Assembly (NCBI GenBank): GCA_032718475.1
Contig: JAUCBJ010005496.1
Location: forward strand, 1-48,776
Reading direction: 5' to 3'
DNA length: 48,776 nucleotides
Source of the DNA: Nemertoderma westbladi
Taxonomy: Eukaryota > Animalia > Xenacoelomorpha
Notes under the pieces: generated by a model
The model's database searches: none
What the model was told of the DNA's origin: nothing
The model's input: the letters and a program-made list of their open reading frames with translations, nothing else
Translations under genes and position numbers: made by a program
In this document: one piece after another, positions 12,649 to 23,321 of the stretch
Position numbering within the stretch: the first letter of the stretch is position 1
Layout: each line of letters starts with the position of its first letter

Positions 12649-14300
12649 TACATACATCTTTGTGTGCAAAGGTCACTTTTCAGTGTTAAAGACTCTTGTT
12701 TATTAAACTCAGGTCATAACGCTGCAAAGTGCTTCTTTGCAGACAATATGATGTAAATAGTTATTATTCTGAGTAAACTTTGTTTATTGCAGTATTGTAT
12801 ATGTTAAAAAAACATTTATGTCCTTCACTTCGTTGTTTAACTTATTTAGTAGTTATACTGAGATAATCGCCATTTAAGTGATGTTGGCCTCATTATACAT
12901 AAATCCACCCTCCGTCCGTTTTTGCCTTTCGGGTCATTAACTTCGATAGGGGTGGTGTGGTTTCCGTATTTGCAATAATGGTTACTAACTTAGGTAACTG
13001 AAGAATAACTAATTATTTCCTGACAGAAATTAAAGTTCCCCTGGGAAAGCCATTAACAAAATTTATTTTATTCTGGGTACTGTAATTGTAATAAGTTAAT
13101 GGGTAAGTTAATTGTATTGGGTGCAAGCGGTTATCAAAGATTCATAATAATGTCTTGATTTAACTAATTGGCATAGATAAGAGTCAGTAGATTGTGCTAT
13201 AATGATTTTTTATATATACTATATATGCTATAATGATATTTTTTAGCAAACTCAAGGACTTACCCATGTACAAAGAAAAACTCAAGTTCTGGAGCTGTAC
13301 TTGCCGATGTATTCAATGTGTAAGTATGATACAGTACTAATAGTAGGCCTACAGTAGTATGCAGTATTACATTTACTGTTAATTAATTTTAAATAATATT
13401 CCTATCTAAACAAGAATTGGAAATACTAATTCATATATTCATCAAGAGTAAGTTGGATAACAATTTGAAAAACAAGTTGAAAAACAATTTGAACTGGAAG
13501 TCGCGAAATTCAAGTTTGAAATAAAAAATTGTTCACAAACTGACAACCTTACAAAAATTCATACCATCTCATGAATTAAATAAAATTATCAATTTAAGAC
13601 AATTATTAAAATATTCCCTAAATTTAGTCAACTAATAGATCACGGGTGCGGAGATTCACCTTATTACAACAGTGTGAGAGAATCCCCTAATGTGCATTTA
13701 AATAGCTAACAAAATTAATAAACATCACATATAAAGGGAATAATAATAACCCTAGAGTCGCTATTAAATAGCATTCCAGATCTGCGTGCATGAGAAATAC
13801 TCTAATTTCTACTGCTATGTAGCTTTACATAATGTCACTTAGCAACAACAGCGCTAGAATTAAACACAGTCAAAGAACAATAGAGAGCTTGCCTCATTCA
13901 ATAGAAGACAGTGTATAGTATCCATGGGATACACACAACAACGTGACATTCTGGAAAGCACTGACTAACGGAAATGTGGCCATAAATGTATGATTTGTAG
14001 TGCGAATGTGGATTTGGGTGTTCATAGGTGAATGATACTACTAAAATGTGTTTACAGTAGCGAGCCGCAATTGTGAAAGCCAGCAATAAAACCTCTAATA
14101 GTTACCTCTAATAGTTGGAGTGACTCGCGCTGGTTGTTGTTGTTGTTGTGTAGCTACTATGTAGGTGAAGGGTATAGCGACAGCAACACCAGCGCTGAGG
14201 ACCTCTGGCTGCCCGGAGAGCCTAGTGGGGATAAGGCAGCGACGCCCACTGCCTTCTTATTATAACTCTATTATTGATAAACTCTCATATATATATATAT

Positions 14301-16254
14301 GATAATGGACTTGATAGAAGAGATCTTGATATTAATGTGAGATATACTCAACCTCTACAAGCCTTCCTCGATAATCTACTAAGCGGTGATATTCGTAAAT
14401 AGACTGCAGAGGATGATAAACGATACGTCGATCCACCGATGACCGAAGAACAACTCTAGTGTGAATTCTTGATTATCGCAACTTCACCTCGCGCTATACG
14501 CATCGAACTGGTACTTTTTATGGATTCCTAACTACTGGACATCCTATCGATTTACACGATATTGATGATTCGGATACGGAAACGGAGATGATTTCTATTC
14601 AAATTTCATGCACAACGGAGCGGGAATGACAAACCACGAATCGATCATGATATATACCGCGAACGCGTGTATTCTCCACCAGAGTTTTGGGGAAAACTCA
14701 TCGACCGGAAGAGAGAATCAGCGCGAGGAGAAGCATATCGCGATTGGCGCAGTTTATAGTCTCACGAGTGTTCCCCTCCGTCCTTCCTTGGCCATCTACG
14801 CCATATTTGAGAACACAACACTTTTTTGGATGGTTAACCGATGTGTGCAGCCGAGCGATAGGTTCTCATCTCCTCATCTTGGGAAATAAACTCCCCAAAT
14901 ACGAGCGTAATAAGAACACAATAAGTTCATTCGGTTTGAATGTTTTAGCTTTAGGTGCATTCTGACTTCGTTTCGGAACATTGGTAGTCAGTTTAAAGAT
15001 CGCGCGTTGCTCAAACTCAGCCTCCGGGACGCCGCCGCTGAGAAACTGGTTAGCGCTGGGATTGCTATCTTTGAAGATATTTGCACCCAGACCACGCATT
15101 CCTCCGTCCTGCATGCGACCCAAGATACCCTCGAGATACTCAGTGACGGACATTCAAATCGAAAACCTGAGAAAGATATTGATTTGGGATACGTATACGC
15201 TCTATCTGATTTCTTGGGAGAAATGCGACGTCAATGTGACGAGCAACATCAGCTAGAGGAGAGGCATACCGAGATACTACTCCATTAGACTCTGACGAAC
15301 TGTGTTCTTATTTCAAAAACCAACCCATTATGAAGATATATTGGGCTTATTATTGCCGCATTAATAATAAGCATATCTTCGCTGTCTGCCCACAGTTTAT
15401 GACACAATGTCATTACTGCCAACTAAAGGGACACGCTAGTTGGGATTGCCCTTTTAGCCAAGACATCGAAAGCGTAGACGAGTTGATTGTACTTCGATAC
15501 ATACGAGCTTGGGAAGCTAGTGCAGATCTTCACTGCGAGGCGCGCATCGTTATTATCCAGGACGCGCTTATGATGGAGTGCATGCATTTCACCCCTGTCT
15601 TTTTCCCCAAGTCGAACAGAAAACTCGTATACCCAGCTACGAATTAATAAAACGAGTTAGTGAGTGTATTTCCACCAAATATGTCAGAAAATAGTTGAGA
15701 AATATTAACCCAAATAATATTGATCCTTTTCTTACAACTTGATTGGTTTTATTAGCCGAGACCTTGAATACGGTGAGACGTTTATAAAAGCGCACCCTGA
15801 ATTGCAAGAAGTCCACCGACATTCCTATGAATACAAGGCGAGGGAACGGGAATTAGAAAGAACTAATAAACCCCGAAAATTCCTCACTACTAACGGTCTA
15901 CCCACGGCAGTCGTGCAAACGACTAAGGCAGGACCAGTACAAGCTGCTGTCCTGAGACGGACCTTAAAGGTTGTGCACCCTCGATCCCTTAGGTCCTCCG
16001 ATAAACTTGTCGATATCGCAATTCCACCACAGAAGATAAGTAAATCTTCTTTGGATATTGATCAACCGGGTACCTCGACCGGCGGATACACCGACCGCAA
16101 CCCAAACCCTTCTGATGCAATTGTATTGCACCCTTCCCCAGGAGTTATAGCCCTCCTAATAAAGTGGCTCGTGCAGTGGAGAAAAAGACTACCCAAAGGT
16201 TTAAAAAACTCCGTAATCGTCGTTCTAGAAAGAAGGATTGATTGTTTAGAGTAG
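14301..16254 (+). pseudogene. Degraded coding region with a CCHC zinc knuckle, probably the 3' ORF of an LTR retroelement
   Basis: CpG-rich, coding-like block broken by stops and frameshifts. It contains CHYCQLKGHASWDC (CX2CX4HX4C), preceded by a degenerate knuckle (YYCRINNKHIFAVCP), and a 171-aa terminal ORF ending just before a PPT-like tract. Confidence 0.5.
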
Positions 16255-16320
16255 TTATTTTATTAGAAACTGTGACTCTATGTATATTTTATAGACCTAA
16301 GTTCCATTTTTTGGGAGCAG

Positions 16321-16487
16321 TGTTATCTCTCTCTCTCAATTCTCGTTTATCTCGACATCCTGACTCAAACTTACTGACGTCTGACTGTTGACACTGCCGG
16401 CACCGCATCCCTTATACTGTTTTTATACTGTTATTCATTGTGGTTTGTAACTCATTTAATCGATGGTTATATTTGGAGAATACTACA
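16321..16487 (+). mobile_element. Putative 3' LTR (TG...CA) preceded by a polypurine-tract-like sequence
   Basis: TTTTTTTGGGAGCAG is immediately followed by TGTTAT...GAATACTACA. No matching 5' LTR found in the window. Confidence 0.35.
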
Positions 16488-17161
16488 GTACTGTATGAAT
16501 AACCGATCATTCCTTTGACATTCTTGATTATTGAGGTAAGCAGAGGGGAACATCAGTAACAATTGCTTGGCTCAAATTACAGTGGTTTGTATGAGTTCAT
16601 GCTGTTTCATAGCCCCCATAGCTAAATTTATCCTTATATGTCAGTAAAATTCCCCCGACTGTTCTTAACTTCGCACATTCTTATTTTCAATTTGTAAGGT
16701 AAATGGACCGCTTGTATACAGACAAGTTGTATCCAATTTTCCTTTCTTAGCTCAGAAAGTGATCTTTTGCATCCCGATTTTACATTTTGTATCCAAGTTT
16801 TATTTATGGATTTTCTCAATGCAAATATATTGTATTGTTTGCTAATCTTTAAACAATTAATTAGATGACCTATCAATTCCATCCCCCGAATGATATACTG
16901 TTTTTATTAACTACAGAATTATAATAATTAATTGTTTTAATTATAGGTATTATTATGTAATAGTCTTCTTCAAATTGTAGCAGATGAGGATGAATATTAT
17001 TGTTGCAATCAAAATTATACATCTCCAGGGTAAAATCGACATGCGTCGACCTGTAATTCTTTGTTCAGCATTACATATCGATTAATTAATTACATTTCCT
17101 GGTTACTTGCAATATTTTTAATAGGATTTTGTTGAATTATATAATATTGTAGTAATTTATC

Positions 17162-17885
17162 CGGGGGATTGGGGGCGGCTGCAAACATGAATTAATTATT
17201 TAAAAATGGTCTCAAAGTCTTTCACCACGGGCACACAGGGAATTGCCGGGGTTTGGGGACGGCAGCAGTAGTCGATTATTTAGAGCAGCAGTAGTTCCAG
17301 TACTCCTCTACGGGAGTCCATGCTGGGCTATAACTGCTGAGGACACCAAATCTCTGGATGGCACATTCACAAGAATGCTACGCCGTGTTCATTGTGTCAA
17401 GCACAATGCACACATCTCCAACCAGACACTATATAACATTGGAGGTGTCTCATTGGTTCCCCCAAGCTTGACACTAGAACAAAATCGCCTCCGCTTTGCA
17501 GGACATTGCTTTCGCCGTGAGGACCAGCCAGTGCATAATCTTGTACTTTGGCAGCCTCATGGAGTGAATAAGCATGGTGGACAGCCCATGACTTTCTTGA
17601 GACGCATCTTAGAGGACACTGGCCTTAAAGATGCGGATGATCTAGCAAATGTCATGGGTGATAGGGAGTTGTGGCGGTGCAATTTTGTTGATAAGCCGGC
17701 ACAGCATTCTTAAAAATGCAGCTGCAATGCAGCATGCCGATCCTAGTAGTAGTAGTAGTAGGGGACGGCAGCCCCCAACCAAAGAAGCGGGGGATTGGGG
17801 GCGGCTGCCCCCAACAAAAGAAGCGGGGGTTGGGGCGGCAGCCCCCAACCAAAGGAGCAGGGGTTTGGGGGCGGCAGCCCCCAAT
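17162..17885 (+). repeat. GC-rich minisatellite (GGGGGCGGCAGCCCCCAACCAAAGAAGC-type), interrupted by the RTE insertion
   Basis: About four units at 17761-17885 plus partial units at 17162-17182 and 17247-17266; each unit has a palindromic G5...C5 core. Confidence 0.75.
17267..17760 (+). mobile_element. 5'-truncated RTE-clade non-LTR retrotransposon with (TAG)n tail and 12-bp TSD
   Basis: ORF C-terminus RLFRAAVVPVLLYGSPCW...RLRFAGHCFRR...DRELWR; tail 17744-17760; GGGGACGGCAGC at 17255-17266 and 17761-17772. Nearly identical to 34103-34541. Confidence 0.9.
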
Positions 17886-18029
17886 TAAAAGAAAAACAAA
17901 CAAAATTTGACTATATAAATGTTTCTTTTATAATTTTGAAAAAACTTGACTAGATACAACTTGTCCTGTAACCATCTTAAACTTTTGTTTATTGATTTGG
18001 TGCACCCAGATTAATTTTAACACTTTAAC

Positions 18030-18140
18030 TGGGGGGGGGGGGGAAGTGTCCTACTTGGGCGGGGGGGGGGTGTCCGGGGGGGAAGTGTCCTACTTGGGCG
18101 GGGGAAGTGTCCGGGGGGGGGGGGGGAGTGTCCTAGATCC
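18030..18140 (+). repeat. G-rich repeats (GnAAGTGTCC[TACTTGGGC]), probable MITE terminus
   Basis: Five GTGTCC units separated by G-runs, ending CCTAGATCC. Confidence 0.55.
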
Positions 18141-18311
18141 GGCTGTCAGACACATCATCAGACACATAAATTAGCAGGTTGAACTGTTAAAGGTCTAAAA
18201 GCGCGGGGGTAACAGGAAAACACGACATACTCTATAATATAGAAGATATAATTCTCTGTTTTACAATAGTAGGCCTATATTGTCATCAATATAAAACAAT
18301 TAATCCTTAAT

Positions 18312-20011
18312 CTAAAAGAATGGTGAGCCACACTTGCAATTTGAGAATTTAACGATGCGATCATCAGCAGCTATACAGCTTTCCATCGTTCCACACAGCT
18401 GCCAAGAATTATACCCCAACTTCTTCACCTTATTTTGGTCCATTTCGCCATCGAATTGTACAATGGATATTATTTCTCCGAAACAAAGAACGATTCCTAT
18501 ACCATTACCGGGTGACGCATCAGCTCTTAACACAGTCCAGGTATTGTTTAGAGGATCATAACGCTCGACGCTACTAAGTAGGACTAGCGGATGAAAGTTC
18601 ATATAGCATATAGCCCCCTACCATGTATATATGGTTGTTATAAACTGCACACCCAAAGGAACGCCGGTCGGTGTTCTCCTCGGATTTCCGCCATCTCAGT
18701 CCATTGTTTGGTTTGCGGGTTGTAAATCTCCACTGAGTTCAAAGTGACATATCTATTGCGGCCACCAATAGCGTAAAGATATCCATCGGCAACTCCTCAT
18801 AGAAGCAACCCGTGTCCAGCTGTTGGTGTTGGGGTCGTACTGCTCCACGGTCTCGAGATATCTCAATCCACTAAATCCCCCAACCACATAGAGCAACCCG
18901 TCCATCACGACGACACGGTGAAGAAACCGAGCTGTTCTCATTGGAGCCACATTATACCATTGGTCAACTTTCGGATCATAACGCTCGCATATGTTAGTTT
19001 TATATCCCCTGTCGAAGCCTCCAATTGCATACAAAATTCCATTGAGCACAGCCAATCCCGCGAGATATCTGGGCATATGCATTTCTTTAACTGACTGCCA
19101 CTCATCAGTCTGTGGTATGTATTGAGCTTCCGGGACGGAAATCTCCAAATCCATATTCGTCAGATTATCCCGACCGAAAGCAAACAAACGTGCACATGGT
19201 TGTGGTTTCCGAGGATGGTTCCCTTCCCAAGGGCTGGGGATCAATCGGCCCTCCATCCAGAATGTCTTGGCATCATCTACCAGTTGTAAACATTCATTGT
19301 CATTAGAAATCAGAGGGTGGCTCTTTACCATTCTATCTAGTAATGTCAATCTAATTAGCGGCAAACGAATGAGTTTGAGCAACTCGGAAAGTAATGGAAA
19401 AGGTTCCTCATTGTCATTGACGTTATAAAGAATCCATTCCTGATTGCTCACAACCCATTTCATTACATCAGTGAACAGCTGCTCCTCAGAAAGAACATTC
19501 AGCTTGTCATTTCTAATTATCTCCTTCAGCTTATTACCTGTCAACAAAAGAAACTCGTCATTGTCACTCTGCATAACATTATGGAAGTGGTGCATCATGT
19601 AGTTTTTGGCATCACGCAACAGGTCCTGACATGAAAAAATTCCGCAATAGATTGGATACCAATACAATTACTCGGGTCCAGGTTGTTCTTCAAGAACTCG
19701 CAGCACCTCATCCACCAGTAGCATAGACGCAGCAGCCAACAGCTTCTCCACATTGTTCTCATTTACCGTTATTGACGATGTGCATGCGAAGTTGATGTTC
19801 CATAGCGTATCCGTCTAAAGCGATGATTCTCACCTCAGGTTGGTTGGTTTCTCTCATTTACTGGTGTACATGGCTTCGAAGTAGGGGGTCAACACTACCA
19901 AAAGACGTTTATGCGCGGCGATTCGCTGTTCGCCGACGATGAGTATTACCTCACAGGGTTCGTATACCACTCCCCTCTAATGTTGGATAACATTCGATCA
20001 TGGTATTCCAT
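18312..20011 (-). pseudogene. Intronless kelch-like (BTB-BACK-Kelch, KLHL family) pseudogene
   Basis: Across frameshifts: BTB CEVILIVGEQRIAAHKRLLVVLTPYFEAMYT / MRETNQPEVRI / ITVNENNVEKLLAAASML / CCEFLKNNLDPSNCIGI; BACK LNVLSEEQLFTDVMKWV, LLKLIRLPLI; kelch repeats LYAIGGFD, CERYDPKVDQW, LYVVGGFSG, VEQYDPNTNSW, VEIYNPQTKQW, VERYDPLNNTW. Multiple frameshifts and deletions. Confidence 0.92.
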
Positions 20012-21174
20012 AGTGGTATTTTCTGGCTCGTATGTTGCAGATATTGCCTCTTCGCAAACTTCTGACCCAGTGATGCTTACTGTAGCTTATACTGGTCTGG
20101 TCATATGAGTCACCACATAGAAATACACTCACCCCCTTCTTACACTATACCGGTAGTAAACTAAGCCTTTTTATGAATAATATTGATTATATAAAATGAT
20201 TATTTGGAAAATCATTAAAAAAAAAAATGAAAAAATATTTACTGTGAAGCTAAGTTGTGCTGCGAAGCTAAGGAAAATTAAACAACCTTGCTTTGCATAG
20301 TTAAGCGGCATTATGCCTATTCAACTCATATTGCCATGGAAATTAGAGTTTTCTGCTTTATTAGATTAGTGTTTAAGCTTTACAAAAAGATCCAGCTTTT
20401 GGTCCAGAGGAATAATAAAGTGGTTCAGAAGAAGATACTAAGTTTCAGAAATTTTTATTACGTACAGTAGTTTATGTCAAAATTAATGATTTTAGTAGCA
20501 AAACGTCTGGAACTTCTCTGTAGGCCTACTGTACTTTAGATGCATGTGATTTATATTACAAGTCAACATTCATGATCACAAGCGAAGTTATTATTATACT
20601 GTTATCATAGCAACGGGCATATTCTATACTTGAAATATTATTATACAAAAAATTTGAAATATAAAATATTTCAAACACAAATTTACACACATTAAAAAAT
20701 GATTTTTTGTTGCCATGGTGTAGGCCCCCCATCAAGAAAAGACGTGATTGGTTGGAAAATTGTTGTCTGGAACAACATGTAAGGCAGTTGATCCTGAATT
20801 GATATCTTTTTAAATTTATAATAACTACATTTTAATTTATGACACATTATAGGATCAACTTATTACCCAGGTGACAGATTAACTGCAATTATTCTTCAAT
20901 CCTGCGACTACTAAGGTCTCACTAAAAACAAGATTTAATTTCTCATAGTTACCATGGCAACCGGGTTCCAGAAGGACCATGTTATGTGGCCTTCAGGCAG
21001 CACGAGGCTCCGTTAAACAGAGACTAATTTCCGAATCAATCAATTAGTATAATTTCATAAAACAAACCCAATCCCTAACGGGAAACCTCATCTTATACGG
21101 GCGGGATAGGGTTTAAATTCCTCGTTCGAAAGTTAGTGGATTATTGTATATGTGTTTAACATCCATAGATTGTA

Positions 21175-21329
21175 TAAATTATTAAGTAATTAAACAGGAC
21201 TAAGGATGATCCAACTCTATAGCAAATGGAGCGGAAAAAATGAATTCGAATGTGGCGAATTCATTTTTTCCGCTCCATTTGCTATAGAGTTGGATCATCC
21301 TTACTCCTGTTTAATTACTTAATAATTTA
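21175..21329. repeat. Near-perfect hairpin: 74-bp arms, 7-nt loop, one mismatch
   Basis: 21175-21248 is the reverse complement of 21256-21329, flanked by the direct repeat TTAGTGGATTATT (21133-21145, 21327-21339). Confidence 0.95.
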
Positions 21330-21684
21330 GTGGATTATTATTATGAAATAAAATAAAAAATTGGGCGATTCCATCACAAAAACGATTATTTTACTCAGTT
21401 CGGAGTGTATCTATAACAATATATCACAAAATCGGTATTTAAGATATTTAACCAAACCGCCAATAAATCAAAGTATACAAACCAACTTCTGGGCGTCCGG
21501 TCTGTAGGACGACCGGACGTTGTGTAAATATAGATAGATAGGCATCATGTTGCACTTCGTGGGCCTTGAGTTCACGCCGATACATATATAAGTTTAAGCT
21601 TTAGTATGGAATGCGCTTGACACTGTTAGATATTTTTCAGCTGTTTATTCCTTCCGCTAAACAGAGATTAGTTTTCTAAATTTT

Positions 21685-21744
21685 GCGAAAATTTTGGCTC
21701 AACCACTAAGCGACCCACCTTAGTGGTTGAGCCAAAATTTTCGC
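21685..21744. repeat. Perfect hairpin: 26-bp arms, 8-nt loop
   Basis: GCGAAAATTTTGGCTCAACCACTAAG-CGACCCAC-CTTAGTGGTTGAGCCAAAATTTTCGC. Confidence 0.95.
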
Positions 21745-22275
21745 TTTCAATCTTTAGCTACAAGAGTTTGTAAAGTGTCTCCGTCGATATTGCACCTGTC
21801 AGTTATTCTTTAACCCTATAGTGAGTTGTGGACGTGCAAGGATTTCAAATATGTAAATACATTTGAATTCTGTCCAGGTACCTAAATAAAAACATTTGTA
21901 GTATAGTTTAGTCCTTACTATCTGATTCTTCATATAAATTAGATACGAAGGCGTTCTGTAAACACCTACTGTGATACTACTGCGTGGAATTAATTCGGTT
22001 TTGATTTTGAGTCGTGGCCTACATGTAATTATTTCTTTATTTATATCTCAGTTTCACGTTAGTAGGCCTACAGCCCTACACCGTTATATTGTAATGCTCT
22101 TTCAACCAGACAAAACTATTCTACAACGAACTCAAACTTTGTTTATGTTTACCGGCTAATCCTGTAAATAATTTGTATAATGATGACATAATATATAATT
22201 AATTATATTTCTAGGATTGCGGGAAATTTACAGAGAGGGTCGGAAACCTATGGACTGAGATATCGCCTTTCTGGA

Positions 22276-22986
22276 GAGTTACCAAACAGATTGAGGGTGA
22301 GTTAATAAGAGTTACCAAACAGATTGAGGGTGAGTTAATAAGAGTTACCAAACAGATTGAGGGTGATTTAATAAGAGTTACCAAACAGATTGAGGGTGAG
22401 TTAATAAGAGTTACCAAACAGATTGAGGGTGAGTTAATAAGAGTTACCAAACAGATTGAGGGCGAGTTAATAAGAGTTACCAAACAGATTGAGGGTGATT
22501 TAATAAGAGTTACCAAACAGATTGAGGGTGAGTTACCAAACAGATTGAGGGTGAGTTACCAAGCAGATTGAACAGATTGAGGGTGAGTTACCAACCATAT
22601 TGAGGGTAGCTTACCAAACATATTGAGGGTGGGATACCAAACAGATTGAGGGTGAGTTACCAAACAGAGTAAGGGTGAGTTACCAAACAGATATATTGGG
22701 GGTGATTTTATAAGAGTTACCAAACAAATTGATGGTGAGTTACCAAACAGATTGAGGGGAGGGTGAGTTACCAAACAATTTGATGGGTGTTTCCAAACAG
22801 ATTGAGGGTGATTCTAGAAAAGTTACAAAACAGATTAAGGGTGAATTACCAAACAAATTGATGGGTGTTACCAAACAGATTGATGGTGAGTTACCAAATA
22901 GATTGAGGTAGGGTTACTAAACTTATTGAGGGTGAGTTACCAAACAGATTTATGGTGAGTTACCAAACAAATTGTGGGTGAGTTAC
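22276..22986 (+). repeat. Minisatellite: 33-bp unit grading into a 23-bp unit
   Basis: GAGTTACCAAACAGATTGAGGGTGAGTTAATAA repeated ~7 times to ~22506, then degenerate GAGTTACCAAACAGATTGAGGGT units. Confidence 0.95.
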
Positions 22987-23321
22987 AGCAGTTTTTGTAA
23001 CTAGTTTTGTATAATTTAATTTAATAAAGACGCCGCACCTATAATTAATAATTAAACAATTACAATTATTAATATCATATTTTATTTAAAATTACTATTT
23101 TTAATTTATAATTCTGCGTAAATATTGGTAACGGAATGATGATGATATTCAGAACATGATGTAGAAATCGGAATCATTATAATGAGTGATTGATTATGTA
23201 AAACTTAATTATTATAAATCACGTAGTAATTAGTTTACTAATAAATAACCGCAACAACTTATATGATTGGTAGTTGAAAATTAAAAAAATATATATATTT
23301 TATGTAATTATCTTTTATTTA

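Noticed and set aside
14194-14230. Hammerhead ribozyme core CTGAGGA followed by a stem
   Set aside because: No GAAA follows the putative stem II and no stem III/cleavage triplet can be built. The other CTGANGA hits inspected also lacked the full core.
17715-17747. Helitron 3' end (GCTGCAATGCAGC hairpin then CTAG)
   Set aside because: The CTAG begins the (TAG)n tail of the RTE copy, which is enclosed by a 12-bp TSD; Helitrons make no TSD.
22276-22986. CRISPR-like array or repeat protein ORF (LVTLINSPSIC)n
   Set aside because: Units are head-to-tail with no unique spacers, there are no cas genes and the context is eukaryotic. The ORF is a by-product of a 33-bp unit.
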